A stretch of DNA of 45,580 bases, from the NCBI GenBank assembly GCA_965603135.1, contig CBFDBV010000001.1, forward strand, positions 1 through 45,580, written 5' to 3'. Both the position numbers and the translations under genes were made by a program. The stretch comes from an uncultured bacterium (GTDB lineage: Bacteria > Armatimonadota > Zipacnadia > Zipacnadales > UBA5352). Each line of letters begins with the position of its first letter. The first letter of the stretch is position 1. The notes beneath the pieces were generated by a model. It was not told the DNA's origin, did no database searches, and was given only the letters and a program-made list of their open reading frames with translations. This document shows, piece by piece, positions 31,978 through 39,504 of this stretch.

Positions 31978-33942
31978 ATGTTGGCGGCAATCAAAGAGAA
32001 GCTGGAGCGGGCGCCCGATGAGCCGGGCGCGTACATTATGCTTGACGCCGTCGGCGAGGTCATCTACGTGGGGAAGGCCTCGTCGCTGCGCAAGCGGCTC
32101 CAGCAGTGGTTCCGGCCCAGCGAGCAACTCTCGCCGTGGGCGCGCACCATGCTGGACCGGGTCAGGGACTTCGATGTCATCGTCACCGGCTCGGAGCTGG
32201 AGGCCCTCGCGCTGGAGTACAACCTCATTAAGGAGCGCGAGCCGCGCTACAACATCAAGCTGGCCGACGACAAGAGCTACCCGTATCTGCTGCTGACGGA
32301 CGAGCTGTACCCGCGGCTGACGGTGGTGCGGGACCTGCCCAGGGACGCGCAAGTGCCGATGCCGGGACGCTTCAAGCAGACGAGGGGCTTGCACGACCCC
32401 AAGCGCCACGAGGTGCTGAGCCTGCGGGGAGCGCGGCTCTTCGGCCCGTATCCGAGCGCGCGGGCGATGCGGCGCACGATGCGGGTGGTGAGCCAACTCT
32501 TCGGGCTGCGAAGCTGCGGGCGAAAACTCACCGGCGAGCCGTGCGGGCGGCCGTGCCTGAACTACCACATCAACCGCTGCGTGGGCCCGTGCACGGGAGA
32601 GACCACGCCGGAGGCCTACGCGGAGATCGTTGAGCAAGTCTCGCTGTTCCTTCAGGGCAGGTGCGGGGACGTGCTGGCTAACCTGCGCGCTCAGATGCAA
32701 GATGCGGCGGGGAAGCTGCACTTCGAGCGCGCGGCACAGTTGCGGGACCGCTTGCAGGCGGTGGAGAAGGCGACCGAAGCGCAGGTGGTCGTTGCCACCC
32801 AGGAGCGCGAGCAGGATGCCGTGGCGGTGGTGATGGATGGATGCCGGGCGGCGGTGGCGCTGCTCTCGGTGCGGCGCGGGAGGCTCCTGGAGAAGCAGCA
32901 GTTCGACCTTCAGGCGGTCGGCGAGCGATCCGGAGCGGAGGTTCTCGAGGAGTTCCTCAGTCAGCACTACCGGCAGGCGCACGTGCCTCGTGAGGTTCTG
33001 CTCAGTCACGCCCTCGAGGATGCGGAAGCCTGGGAGAGAATGCTCAGCGAGCTGCGCGGACAGAAGGTGCGGGTGAGTTGCCCTCAGCGTGGTCAGAAGC
33101 GGCGACTGGTGGAGCTGGCGCTGCACAATGCGGAGCTGGCGGCAAAGCGGGCGGACGACGCGGGCGCGGCGATGCAGCAGGCGGCACGGGCGGCGCTCGA
33201 CGAGCTTGCGCGGGCGCTGGGGCTGGAGGAGCGGCCCGCGCGCATCGAATGCTACGACATCTCTACCACCGGCGGCCGCGAGGCCACCGGCTCGATGGTC
33301 GTGTTCGCCGATGGCGTGCCTGAGCCCAGTTCCTACCGGCGCTTCCGCGTCCGCAGCGCCACGGACAAGCCCGACGACTACGCGATGATGGAGCAGGTCG
33401 TGCAGCGCAGGCTGCGACGGGCCGCGGAGGGAGACGAGAAGTTCCTGCCCCTGCCCGACCTCATCGTCGTGGACGGCGGGAAGGGGCAGTTGAACGTGGT
33501 GCGTGATGCGCTGGAGTCCTGGGAGCTGCGTGAGATCTTCGTGGCGTCGCTGGCCAAGCGCCAGGAGGAGGTCTTCATCCCCGGCTCCTCGGAGCCGGTG
33601 GACATGACCCAGTACCAGCAGGCGCAAATGCTGCTTCAGCGGGTGCGGGACGCGGCGCACCGCTTCGCCATCGAGCACCACCGGGGCCTGCGCGACCGCA
33701 GGGTCACCGAATCGGCGCTGGAACAGGCGCCGCAGATCGGCGCGGCTCGGCGCAGGGCACTGCTTACCACCTTCGGGTCCGTGGACGCGATCAAGCGGGC
33801 GTCGGTGGCGGAGCTGGTGGCGGTGCCGGGGATGACCACGCCGGCGGCGACCGCTCTCAGGGAGTTCCTCAAGAGGGAGAACGACAAGGCTAACCGCAGA
33901 GACGCAGAGAACGACAATCAAGGGACGGCAAACGGCAGCTAA
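31978..33942 (+). CDS. uvrC: Excinuclease ABC subunit C
   Basis: GIY-YIG N-terminus (PGAYIMLDAVGEVIYVGKASSLRKRL...YN), UVR domain (LHFERAAQLRDRLQAVE), UvrC endonuclease core, and C-terminal HhH (GIGAARRRALLTTFGSVDAIKRASVAELVAVPGM). The last ~20 codons (ENDKANRRDAENDNQGTANGS) are read from the AACGRC micro-repeat. Confidence 0.97.
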   Translation: MLAAIKEKLERAPDEPGAYIMLDAVGEVIYVGKASSLRKRLQQWFRPSEQLSPWARTMLDRVRDFDVIVTGSELEALALEYNLIKEREPRYNIKLADDKSYPYLLLTDELYPRLTVVRDLPRDAQVPMPGRFKQTRGLHDPKRHEVLSLRGARLFGPYPSARAMRRTMRVVSQLFGLRSCGRKLTGEPCGRPCLNYHINRCVGPCTGETTPEAYAEIVEQVSLFLQGRCGDVLANLRAQMQDAAGKLHFERAAQLRDRLQAVEKATEAQVVVATQEREQDAVAVVMDGCRAAVALLSVRRGRLLEKQQFDLQAVGERSGAEVLEEFLSQHYRQAHVPREVLLSHALEDAEAWERMLSELRGQKVRVSCPQRGQKRRLVELALHNAELAAKRADDAGAAMQQAARAALDELARALGLEERPARIECYDISTTGGREATGSMVVFADGVPEPSSYRRFRVRSATDKPDDYAMMEQVVQRRLRRAAEGDEKFLPLPDLIVVDGGKGQLNVVRDALESWELREIFVASLAKRQEEVFIPGSSEPVDMTQYQQAQMLLQRVRDAAHRFAIEHHRGLRDRRVTESALEQAPQIGAARRRALLTTFGSVDAIKRASVAELVAVPGMTTPAATALREFLKRENDKANRRDAENDNQGTANGS

Positions 33943-33972
33943 CGACGGCGAACGACAGCAAACGGCAACGGC
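33877..33972 (+). repeat. AACGRC-type purine-rich micro-repeat straddling the uvrC stop
   Basis: GAGAACGACAAGGCTAACCGCAGAGACGCAGAGAACGACAATCAAGGGACGGCAAACGGCAGCTAACGACGGCGAACGACAGCAAACGGCAACGG. It carries repeated AACGAC / AACGGC / GGCAAAC words. Confidence 0.75.
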
Positions 33973-33988
33973 CGCGTCGTTGGCCGTG
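33969..33988. terminator. Short GC hairpin between convergent uvrC and aconitase genes
   Basis: ACGGCC-GCGTCGTT-GGCCGT: a 6-bp stem and 8-nt loop, with no U-tract on either strand. Confidence 0.25.
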
Positions 33989-34002
33989 GTTCGCTGTCGC
34001 GC

Positions 34003-35928
34003 CTATTGCTGGCGGGCCCTTATGTAGTTGAGCCGCCCGCCGGCGAGGATGACGTTGCGCTCGCGCTCGGACAGCTCGGCGGTGAGAGCGATCGTCTCAT
34101 CGCTGCCCACGCGCTCGGCGAGGATGGCCTCCCTCGCGCTCAGCTTCGCGCGCAAGTCCGACATATGCAGCCGGTCGCCCGGTTGCAGGGCGGCGTAGTC
34201 CGCCGGCGCGATCACCAGGGGCAGGATGCCGAAGTTGATGAGGTTGGCCCTGTGAATGCGCGCGAAGGAGCAGGCGAGCACGGCCGCTACGCCCAAGTGC
34301 ATCGGCGCGAGGGCAGCATGCTCGCGGCTTGAGCCCTGGCCGTAGTTCTCGCCGCCGAGTATGAGGCCGGGCTGCTCGCTGCGGGCGCGAGACGGGAAGT
34401 CGGGGTCCACGGCCTCGAAGACGTGCTCGCTGATCGCCGGGATGTTGCTGCGCAGCGGCAGGATACTGGCGCCGGCGGGCAGGATATCGTCGGTAGTCAC
34501 GTTGTCGCCGAGCTTGAGCAGCACGGTCGCGGTCAGCTCGTCGGGGAGCGGGTCCTTGAGCGGGACCGGCTTGATGTTGGGGCCCCGGATGACTTGCACG
34601 TGGCTGCCGTCATCGGGGGGCGCGATAATCATGCTGTCGTCAACCGTGAAGCTCTCGGGCAGCTCGATGGATAGCGGCGGGCCGAAGTCGGCGGGCTCGG
34701 TGAACTCGCCTGCGATCGCGGCGATGGCGGCCACCTGAGGGCTGGTCAGGTAGATGCCGGCGTCGGCGGTGCCGCTGCGACCCCGGAAGTTCCGGTTGTA
34801 GGTGCGCAGGCTGGTGCCGCCGCTGGGAGGCGCCTGGCCCTGGCCCAGGCACGGCCCGCACGCCGGCTCCAGCACGCGGGCTCCGGCTCTGAGCAGATCA
34901 GCCAGCGCGCCGTTGCGGGCGATCATCTCCTCGACCTGCCGCGAGCCCGGGGAGATGACCAGGCTGACGCGGGGATGAACGGTCCTGCCCCTCAGCATCG
35001 CGGCTGCCGTCATCAAGTCGCGCAGCGACGAGTTCGTACAACTGCCGATGCAGACCTGGTCCACCGGCTGCCCTGCCAGCTCCCTGACCAGCACGACGTT
35101 GTCCGGGCTGTGCGGACACGCGACCAGCGGCTCGAGCTCGGCCAGGTTGATCTCGATCACTTCGTCGTACGCCGCGTCAGAGTCAGCAGCCAGTGCGGTC
35201 CAGGCCTCAGCGCGCTGCTGGGCGGTCAGGAACTCTCGCGTCCGCTCATCGCTGGGGAAAATGGAGGTCGTGGCTCCCAGCTCAGCGCCCATGTTGGCGA
35301 TGGTCGCGCGCTCGGGCACGCTCAGGGTCGCAACGCCCGGGCCGAGGTACTCCAGCAGCTTGCCCGCCCCGCCCTTGACACTCAGGCGCCGCAGGAGCTC
35401 CAGGATGACGTCCTTCGCCGTCGCCCAGCCGGCCAGCTCGCCGAGCAGCCGGACGCCGACGATGCTCGGCATGGTCAGATAGAACGGCTCACCCGCCATC
35501 GCCGCGGCGACGTCCAGGCCCCCGGAGCCGATGGCGAGCAGCGCCAGGCCGCCGGCGGTGGGCGTGTGGCTGTCGGAGCCCAGGAGGGTCTTGCCGGGGA
35601 TGCCGAAGCGCTCCAGGTGGACCTGATGGCAGATGCCGTTGCCGGGCCTGGAGAAGTGTACGCCGTAGCGCGCGGCGACGGACTGCAAGTAGCGGTGATC
35701 GTCGGCGTTCTCAAAGCCGGTCTGGAGTGTGTTGTGGTCCACGTAGCTGACGGAGAGTTCGGTGCGCACGCGCTCTATGCCGATGGCCTCAAACTGAAGG
35801 CAGGCGAGCGTCCCGGTTGCGTCCTGGGTCAGCGTCTGGTCCATGCGCAGCGCTATCTCCTCGCCGGGCGTCATCTCGCCCTCGAGCAGATGCTGGTGGA
35901 TGATCTTCTCGGCAAGTCTTTGACCCAT
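34003..35928 (-). CDS. Aconitase-family hydratase, single-chain ~640 aa form (most likely aconitate hydratase)
   Basis: ATG 35926-35928 is preceded by AGGAGG. The ORF is open to 36015 but that extension runs into the repeat tract. Fe-S ligand/active-site motifs GSDSHTPTAGGLA, CIGSCTNSSLRDL and ACGPCLGQG, plus swivel-domain GGENYGQGSSREHAA. Homoaconitase or IPM-isomerase specificity cannot be excluded from sequence alone. Confidence 0.85.
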   Translation of the reverse strand: MGQRLAEKIIHQHLLEGEMTPGEEIALRMDQTLTQDATGTLACLQFEAIGIERVRTELSVSYVDHNTLQTGFENADDHRYLQSVAARYGVHFSRPGNGICHQVHLERFGIPGKTLLGSDSHTPTAGGLALLAIGSGGLDVAAAMAGEPFYLTMPSIVGVRLLGELAGWATAKDVILELLRRLSVKGGAGKLLEYLGPGVATLSVPERATIANMGAELGATTSIFPSDERTREFLTAQQRAEAWTALAADSDAAYDEVIEINLAELEPLVACPHSPDNVVLVRELAGQPVDQVCIGSCTNSSLRDLMTAAAMLRGRTVHPRVSLVISPGSRQVEEMIARNGALADLLRAGARVLEPACGPCLGQGQAPPSGGTSLRTYNRNFRGRSGTADAGIYLTSPQVAAIAAIAGEFTEPADFGPPLSIELPESFTVDDSMIIAPPDDGSHVQVIRGPNIKPVPLKDPLPDELTATVLLKLGDNVTTDDILPAGASILPLRSNIPAISEHVFEAVDPDFPSRARSEQPGLILGGENYGQGSSREHAALAPMHLGVAAVLACSFARIHRANLINFGILPLVIAPADYAALQPGDRLHMSDLRAKLSAREAILAERVGSDETIALTAELSERERNVILAGGRLNYIRARQQ

Positions 35929-36003
35929 CGCGGTCCTCCTGGGCATCGGTGCCGCGCGGCACAGGGAGCTTTCGCGGTGGCGGGCATTCATTCCTGCGCC
36001 TGG

Positions 36004-36157
36004 AACGACGGGCAAAGGGCAAGGGGCAAAGGGGAAACGGCTAACGACGGGGAAAGGGCAAAGAGGACAAAGCGGAGCGCGAACTGACCAACGGCCCGCG
36101 CGAGCCGTTGTCGTTATCTGCCCTTTGCCTATTCCCCTTTCCCCTTTGCCCGCCGTT
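36004..36157. repeat. Compound inverted micro-repeat in the aconitase / small-gene divergent intergenic region
   Basis: Purine-rich left arm 36004-36073 (GGGCAAAGGGCAAGGGGCAAAGGGGAAACGGCTAACGACGGGGAAAGGGCAAAGAGGACAAAGCGG). Central hairpin CAACGGC-CCGCGCGA-GCCGTTG at 36089-36110. Pyrimidine-rich right arm 36106-36157 (CCGTTGTCGTTATCTGCCCTTTGCCTATTCCCCTTTCCCCTTTGCCCGCCGTTG). A perfect 14-bp inverted repeat, GGGCAAAGGGGAAA (36024-36037) against TTTCCCCTTTGCCC (36138-36151). Confidence 0.85.
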
Positions 36158-36183
36158 GAGCACGGGCAGGTGAGCGCGTCAAA

Positions 36184-36441
36184 ATGAGCGAGCCGTGGAA
36201 GCTCGTGATAGGATTCATCGGAGTAGTTGGCGGCTTTGTCGGGGGGCTGTTCGGCCTCTCCGCGATAATGTCGGGCCCAGGCGCCGCGCTTCTGGACGAC
36301 CGCCCCACGGTCACCTTCCTGGTGAGCGTTGGCCTGTGCGGAGGTGGGGCGGCACTGGTCGGGTGGGTGTTTCTGAGCATCATAGGCTATGTCGAGAAGC
36401 GCAGCAAGCGCGCAAAGCGGCGGAAGAAGAAACGCAAGTAG
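36184..36441 (+). CDS. Small two-TM membrane protein with a poly-basic C-terminal tail
   Basis: MSEPWKLVIGFIGVVGGFVGGLFGLSAI...VSVGLCGGGAALVGWVFLSIIGYV followed by EKRSKRAKRRKKKRK. AGGTGA lies 11 nt upstream. Codon bias is coding-like. No family recognised. Confidence 0.55.
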   Translation: MSEPWKLVIGFIGVVGGFVGGLFGLSAIMSGPGAALLDDRPTVTFLVSVGLCGGGAALVGWVFLSIIGYVEKRSKRAKRRKKKRK

Positions 36442-36453
36442 GGCTGGCCGCCG

Positions 36454-36491
36454 GAAAAGGGTTCTGTCCCCTTCTTCACGTCACCCTTTTC
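36454..36491. terminator. A/T-rich 9-bp hairpin between convergent small genes
   Basis: GAAAAGGGT (36454-36462), a 20-nt loop, then ACCCTTTTC (36483-36491). The U/A runs lie inside the stem rather than after it, so this is weak as a classical terminator. Confidence 0.3.
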
Positions 36492-36506
36492 AGCAAGTGC
36501 CCTACC

Positions 36507-36890
36507 TCAGAGGGGCGGCTCGGGCAGAGGGTTGATACGCCACTCCCCCTCCACCTGTTCCACGTAGTAGCGCCTGACGGTGCCGTCGGCTTCCTGGACG
36601 CTGATGGCGGCGCGCCCGTCCTGGGCGTCGTAGGTTACCTCGGTGGTGGCGGCGCCCTCCTGCGAGGAGACGCCCGGTATGCGCTGGACGTGGATGGGAC
36701 CGTACGGGTCAGGCGGGGAGGCCAGCCTCACGCCGAAGACGGCCGCGGTGATGATCAGAGCGGCAGCGAGCAGGTACACCAGCGCTCTGCGCACCCGGGC
36801 GCTGGCGACCCGTCGCGACCAGGAGATACTGTATCGGCCTCGGCGTAACATAGGCTCACGCTCATGGCGGGCAAAGAGCAAAGGGGCCAC
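36507..36890 (-). CDS. Small N-terminally anchored protein of unknown function
   Basis: TM ALVYLLAAALIITAAVFGV followed by a ~75-aa soluble domain (IHVQRIPGVSSQEGAATTEVTYDAQDGRAAISVQEADGTVRRYYVEQVEGEWRINP). The first 13 codons are read from repeat-like DNA, so the start is more likely the ATG at 36849-36851. Confidence 0.45.
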   Translation of the reverse strand: MAPLLFARHEREPMLRRGRYSISWSRRVASARVRRALVYLLAAALIITAAVFGVRLASPPDPYGPIHVQRIPGVSSQEGAATTEVTYDAQDGRAAISVQEADGTVRRYYVEQVEGEWRINPLPEPPL

Positions 36891-36990
36891 AGCACCGCCA
36901 ACTACCCACCGCCGCTCGCCGGCCGTTGCCTTTGCCGTTGCCCTACGTCGTTCCCCTTTGTCCTTTGCCCTTTGCCCTTTGCCCTTTGCT
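36864..36990. repeat. Inverted micro-repeat arms around the rng stop, including (CCCTTTG)4
   Basis: Right arm 36922-36990: GCCGTTGCCTTTGCCGTTGCCCTACGTCGTTCCCCTTTGTCCTTTGCCCTTTGCCCTTTGCCCTTTGCTCAC. Left arm: GGGCAAAGAGCAAAGGGG at 36866-36883. This pairs 16/18 with CCCCTTTGTCCTTTGCCC at 36953-36970. Confidence 0.85.
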
Positions 36991-38667
36991 CACAGGTGTG
37001 GCCCGCGCGTACGAGTTGGTCACCTTCGTCAGGCGCACCTTCACTGGGTCGCTGGTGTTGGGCGCAAGCTCAGGGACGAACACGATGAGGTCGTCAACCA
37101 CCGCGACCAGGCTCTCCTCACCCGCCGGGATGACGTGCTCAGGCAGGATCTGCACCCGGTGGCCGGCCTTGCCCTGCGTCAGTCGTCGCGCGTGCCGCTT
37201 GTTCTCCAGGGGGGTTATCTCGAACTCATCCGGGCGGACGGCCTCGGCAGTGCGGGCGTAGACCTCGCAGTCCAACTCGCTCTCGATCTCGTCAATGAGG
37301 TCTCCCTGGGGGCCGATGAGGGCCAGGATCACGTCCCGGTTCGCGACCACGTGCAGGAGGGATGCCCGGTCCTCACGGACGATCCTGCGGATCTCCCGCT
37401 CGAGGTTCGCGGCAACCGTGTCGGGGGAGAGCACGCGACCGCGCCCGTCGCAGTAGGGGCAGGTCACCTGGAGCTGCTGGACGATGCTCTCGCTGGTGCG
37501 CTTGCGCGTCATCTCGATCAGGCCGAGGCGGGTGATGTGCATAATGCGCGTCTTCATGCGGTCTTTCTCGAAGGCCTTGCGCAGCGCGGTGGTCACCTGC
37601 TCGCGGTGCTTGGGCTTGTCCATGTCAATGAAGTCAATGACGATGATGCCGCCGATGTCGCGTAGGCGCAACTGCCAGGCGACCTCCTCGGCAGCCTCCA
37701 GGTTCGTGCGCAGCACGGTCTCCTCCAGGCTCTTGCCGGTGAACTTGCCGGTGTTGACATCAATCGTGGTGAGCGCCTCGGTCTGCTCGATGCTTATCCA
37801 GCCGCCGTTGGGCAGCCAGACCTTCGGCTGAAGGGAGCGTACGATCTGCGGCTCGACGTCGTAGTGGGTGAAGATGGGCTTGGCCCCGCGGTACAGGTGC
37901 ACCCGGTCGCGTAACACCGGGGCAACGTTGTTGAGGAGATTGAGCACCTTGTCGTAGGTGACCTTGTCGTCAATGAGGAACTCGTCCACGTCGGCCGAGA
38001 ACACGTCCCGGAGCACCTCCAGCACCAGGCTCAGGTCCTCGTGTATGAGGGCCGGCGCCTTGGCCTGCTGGGCGCGCGACTGAATTGAGCGCCAGAGCCG
38101 CGTGAGGAACTTGACGTCATCCTGGAGTTCCTTCCTGGTGACCCCCTGAGCGCGAGTGCGCACGATGATGCCGAAGTCCTCCGGGCGGACCTCACGGGCC
38201 AGCTCTCGCAGGCGCTTGCGCTCGTCATCGTCCTCGATCTTCTTGGAGACGCCCACCTTCTCGCTGGTGTCGGTCATAAACACCAGGTAGCGACCGGGCA
38301 GGGATATGCGACGGGTGCCGCGAGCGCCCTTGTCCTCCAGGGGCCCCTTGACTATCTGCACCAGGAACTCGTCGCCCTTTCTCACGACCTCCCCGATGGG
38401 CGGGAAGGAGTTCATCTTGCGCCGCATCTTGTGACGCGGCGGCTCCTCGGTGAGCGCGTCGGCGACGTGCAGGAAGACGTTCTTGTCCAGCCCGCACTCC
38501 ACGAAGGCAGCATCAAGGCCGCGCACGGTGTTCTCGACGCGGCCTTTATAGATGTTGCCAACGACGTGCTCTCCTCTTTCCACCATCAGTTCCGAGACTC
38601 GACCGTTCTCCAGGATTGCTACTCGTGTCTGTCGGCGCGTGACATTTGCCAGTATTTTCCGTGCCAT
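36943..38667 (-). CDS. rng: Ribonuclease E/G family endoribonuclease (short, RNase G-like)
   Basis: S1 domain at the N-terminus (VGNIYKGRVENTVRGLDAAFVECGLDKNVFLHV). RNase E/G catalytic core (ALTTIDVNTGKF, GGIIVIDFIDM). Zn-link-like CPYCDGRGRV. The C-terminal SKGQRAKGKGQRGTT is read from the heptamer repeat. Confidence 0.92.
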   Translation of the reverse strand: MARKILANVTRRQTRVAILENGRVSELMVERGEHVVGNIYKGRVENTVRGLDAAFVECGLDKNVFLHVADALTEEPPRHKMRRKMNSFPPIGEVVRKGDEFLVQIVKGPLEDKGARGTRRISLPGRYLVFMTDTSEKVGVSKKIEDDDERKRLRELAREVRPEDFGIIVRTRAQGVTRKELQDDVKFLTRLWRSIQSRAQQAKAPALIHEDLSLVLEVLRDVFSADVDEFLIDDKVTYDKVLNLLNNVAPVLRDRVHLYRGAKPIFTHYDVEPQIVRSLQPKVWLPNGGWISIEQTEALTTIDVNTGKFTGKSLEETVLRTNLEAAEEVAWQLRLRDIGGIIVIDFIDMDKPKHREQVTTALRKAFEKDRMKTRIMHITRLGLIEMTRKRTSESIVQQLQVTCPYCDGRGRVLSPDTVAANLEREIRRIVREDRASLLHVVANRDVILALIGPQGDLIDEIESELDCEVYARTAEAVRPDEFEITPLENKRHARRLTQGKAGHRVQILPEHVIPAGEESLVAVVDDLIVFVPELAPNTSDPVKVRLTKVTNSYARATPVSKGQRAKGKGQRGTT

Positions 38668-38750
38668 TATCTATTCGCTTCTCCAAAAGCTCTATTTGGG
38701 CGGTGCCGCCTCGATGCCCGGCCATCTTGCCACGCATCGCGGGGCCGCCA

Positions 38751-39455
38751 CTAATACAGCCCCAGGCGCGTTGTGAGCCTGGGCTGCAATGCGATCTGCT
38801 TTCCGGTCAGTTCGGTCAACTGCTGCGCGATGCAGCTCAGCACCTCCGGCGGCTTGACCAGCCGCTCCTGGCCGTAGCCGAGGGACATCTGGAGACGGAC
38901 GCCAGGATGATCGGCATCGGGCTCGGTGAGATGCAGCGCGTGCAGGTGCGGCTTGATGTCAATCTCGCGGACTCGCCTCTTAGTTTCGCGGGTGACGGGC
39001 AAAGCTCCTGCCTGGCGGACGCGGCGAACTGCCTCTTTGAAGGTCTCGACGGAGACGCCCGGGACCGGCCAGAGTTCGATCTCGTACTCGGCGTGACTGA
39101 GCCGCGAGAAGGGCTTGCCTTGCCCGTGGGGCAAAACGCGCGCGCCAACTATCTCGAGCTGCTCAGGCATCTGCTCCGCCAGCATCTCCGCGAGAGCTTC
39201 CGAGGCCATCGGCCGCTCCAGGCGTATCAGGCACAGCTCGTTCTCGCCGCCTACGCCCAGTGCCAGGGCGTCGGCGAAGCTGATGGCGGCGCTCGGACTG
39301 AAACCCTCGGAGTACACCACTGGCAGCCGCGCCCGGCGGACCGCCCGGTCGAAGGTCCGAGCTATGTCCAGGTGGCCGAGCCAGCGCAAGGCGCCCGCCT
39401 TGCGCCAGGTCACTAGAGCGTACACCCGTTGCTCGCCGGCCACTGTCATCCTCAT
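38751..39455 (-). CDS. DUF2344 / TIGR03936-like radical-SAM-linked protein
   Basis: VYALVTWRKAGALRWLGHLDIARTFDRAVRRARLPVVYSEGFSPSAAISFADALALGV is the family-typical N-terminus. It lies immediately downstream of the TIGR03960-like radical SAM gene, and the two are fused in many genomes. Confidence 0.85.
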   Translation of the reverse strand: MRMTVAGEQRVYALVTWRKAGALRWLGHLDIARTFDRAVRRARLPVVYSEGFSPSAAISFADALALGVGGENELCLIRLERPMASEALAEMLAEQMPEQLEIVGARVLPHGQGKPFSRLSHAEYEIELWPVPGVSVETFKEAVRRVRQAGALPVTRETKRRVREIDIKPHLHALHLTEPDADHPGVRLQMSLGYGQERLVKPPEVLSCIAQQLTELTGKQIALQPRLTTRLGLY

Positions 39456-39504
39456 CTGTTAGCTGTTAGCTGATAGCTCTTAGCTGATAGCTGATAGCTG
39501 ATCG
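39456..39504 (-). repeat. Heptanucleotide tandem array, 7 units (plus-strand CTGTTAG CTGTTAG CTGATAG CTCTTAG CTGATAG CTGATAG CTGATCG)
   Basis: Read directly. It covers the last ~8 codons and the TAA stop (39480-39482) of the radical SAM gene, and fills the whole 24-nt spacer up to the DUF2344 ATG (39453-39455). Confidence 0.95.

Noticed and set aside
29563-33921. 520-aa and 915-aa minus-strand ORFs opposite protein E, uvrB and uvrC
   Set aside because: The plus-strand frames carry textbook UvrB/UvrC motifs. The antisense translations are low-complexity (R, P, H, L, Q runs) and lack starts with ribosome-binding sites.
39456-39504. Possible CRISPR-like or other spaced-repeat array
   Set aside because: The units are 7 nt and directly abutting, with no spacers, and no cas genes are in the window. 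It is a microsatellite-type array, not CRISPR.
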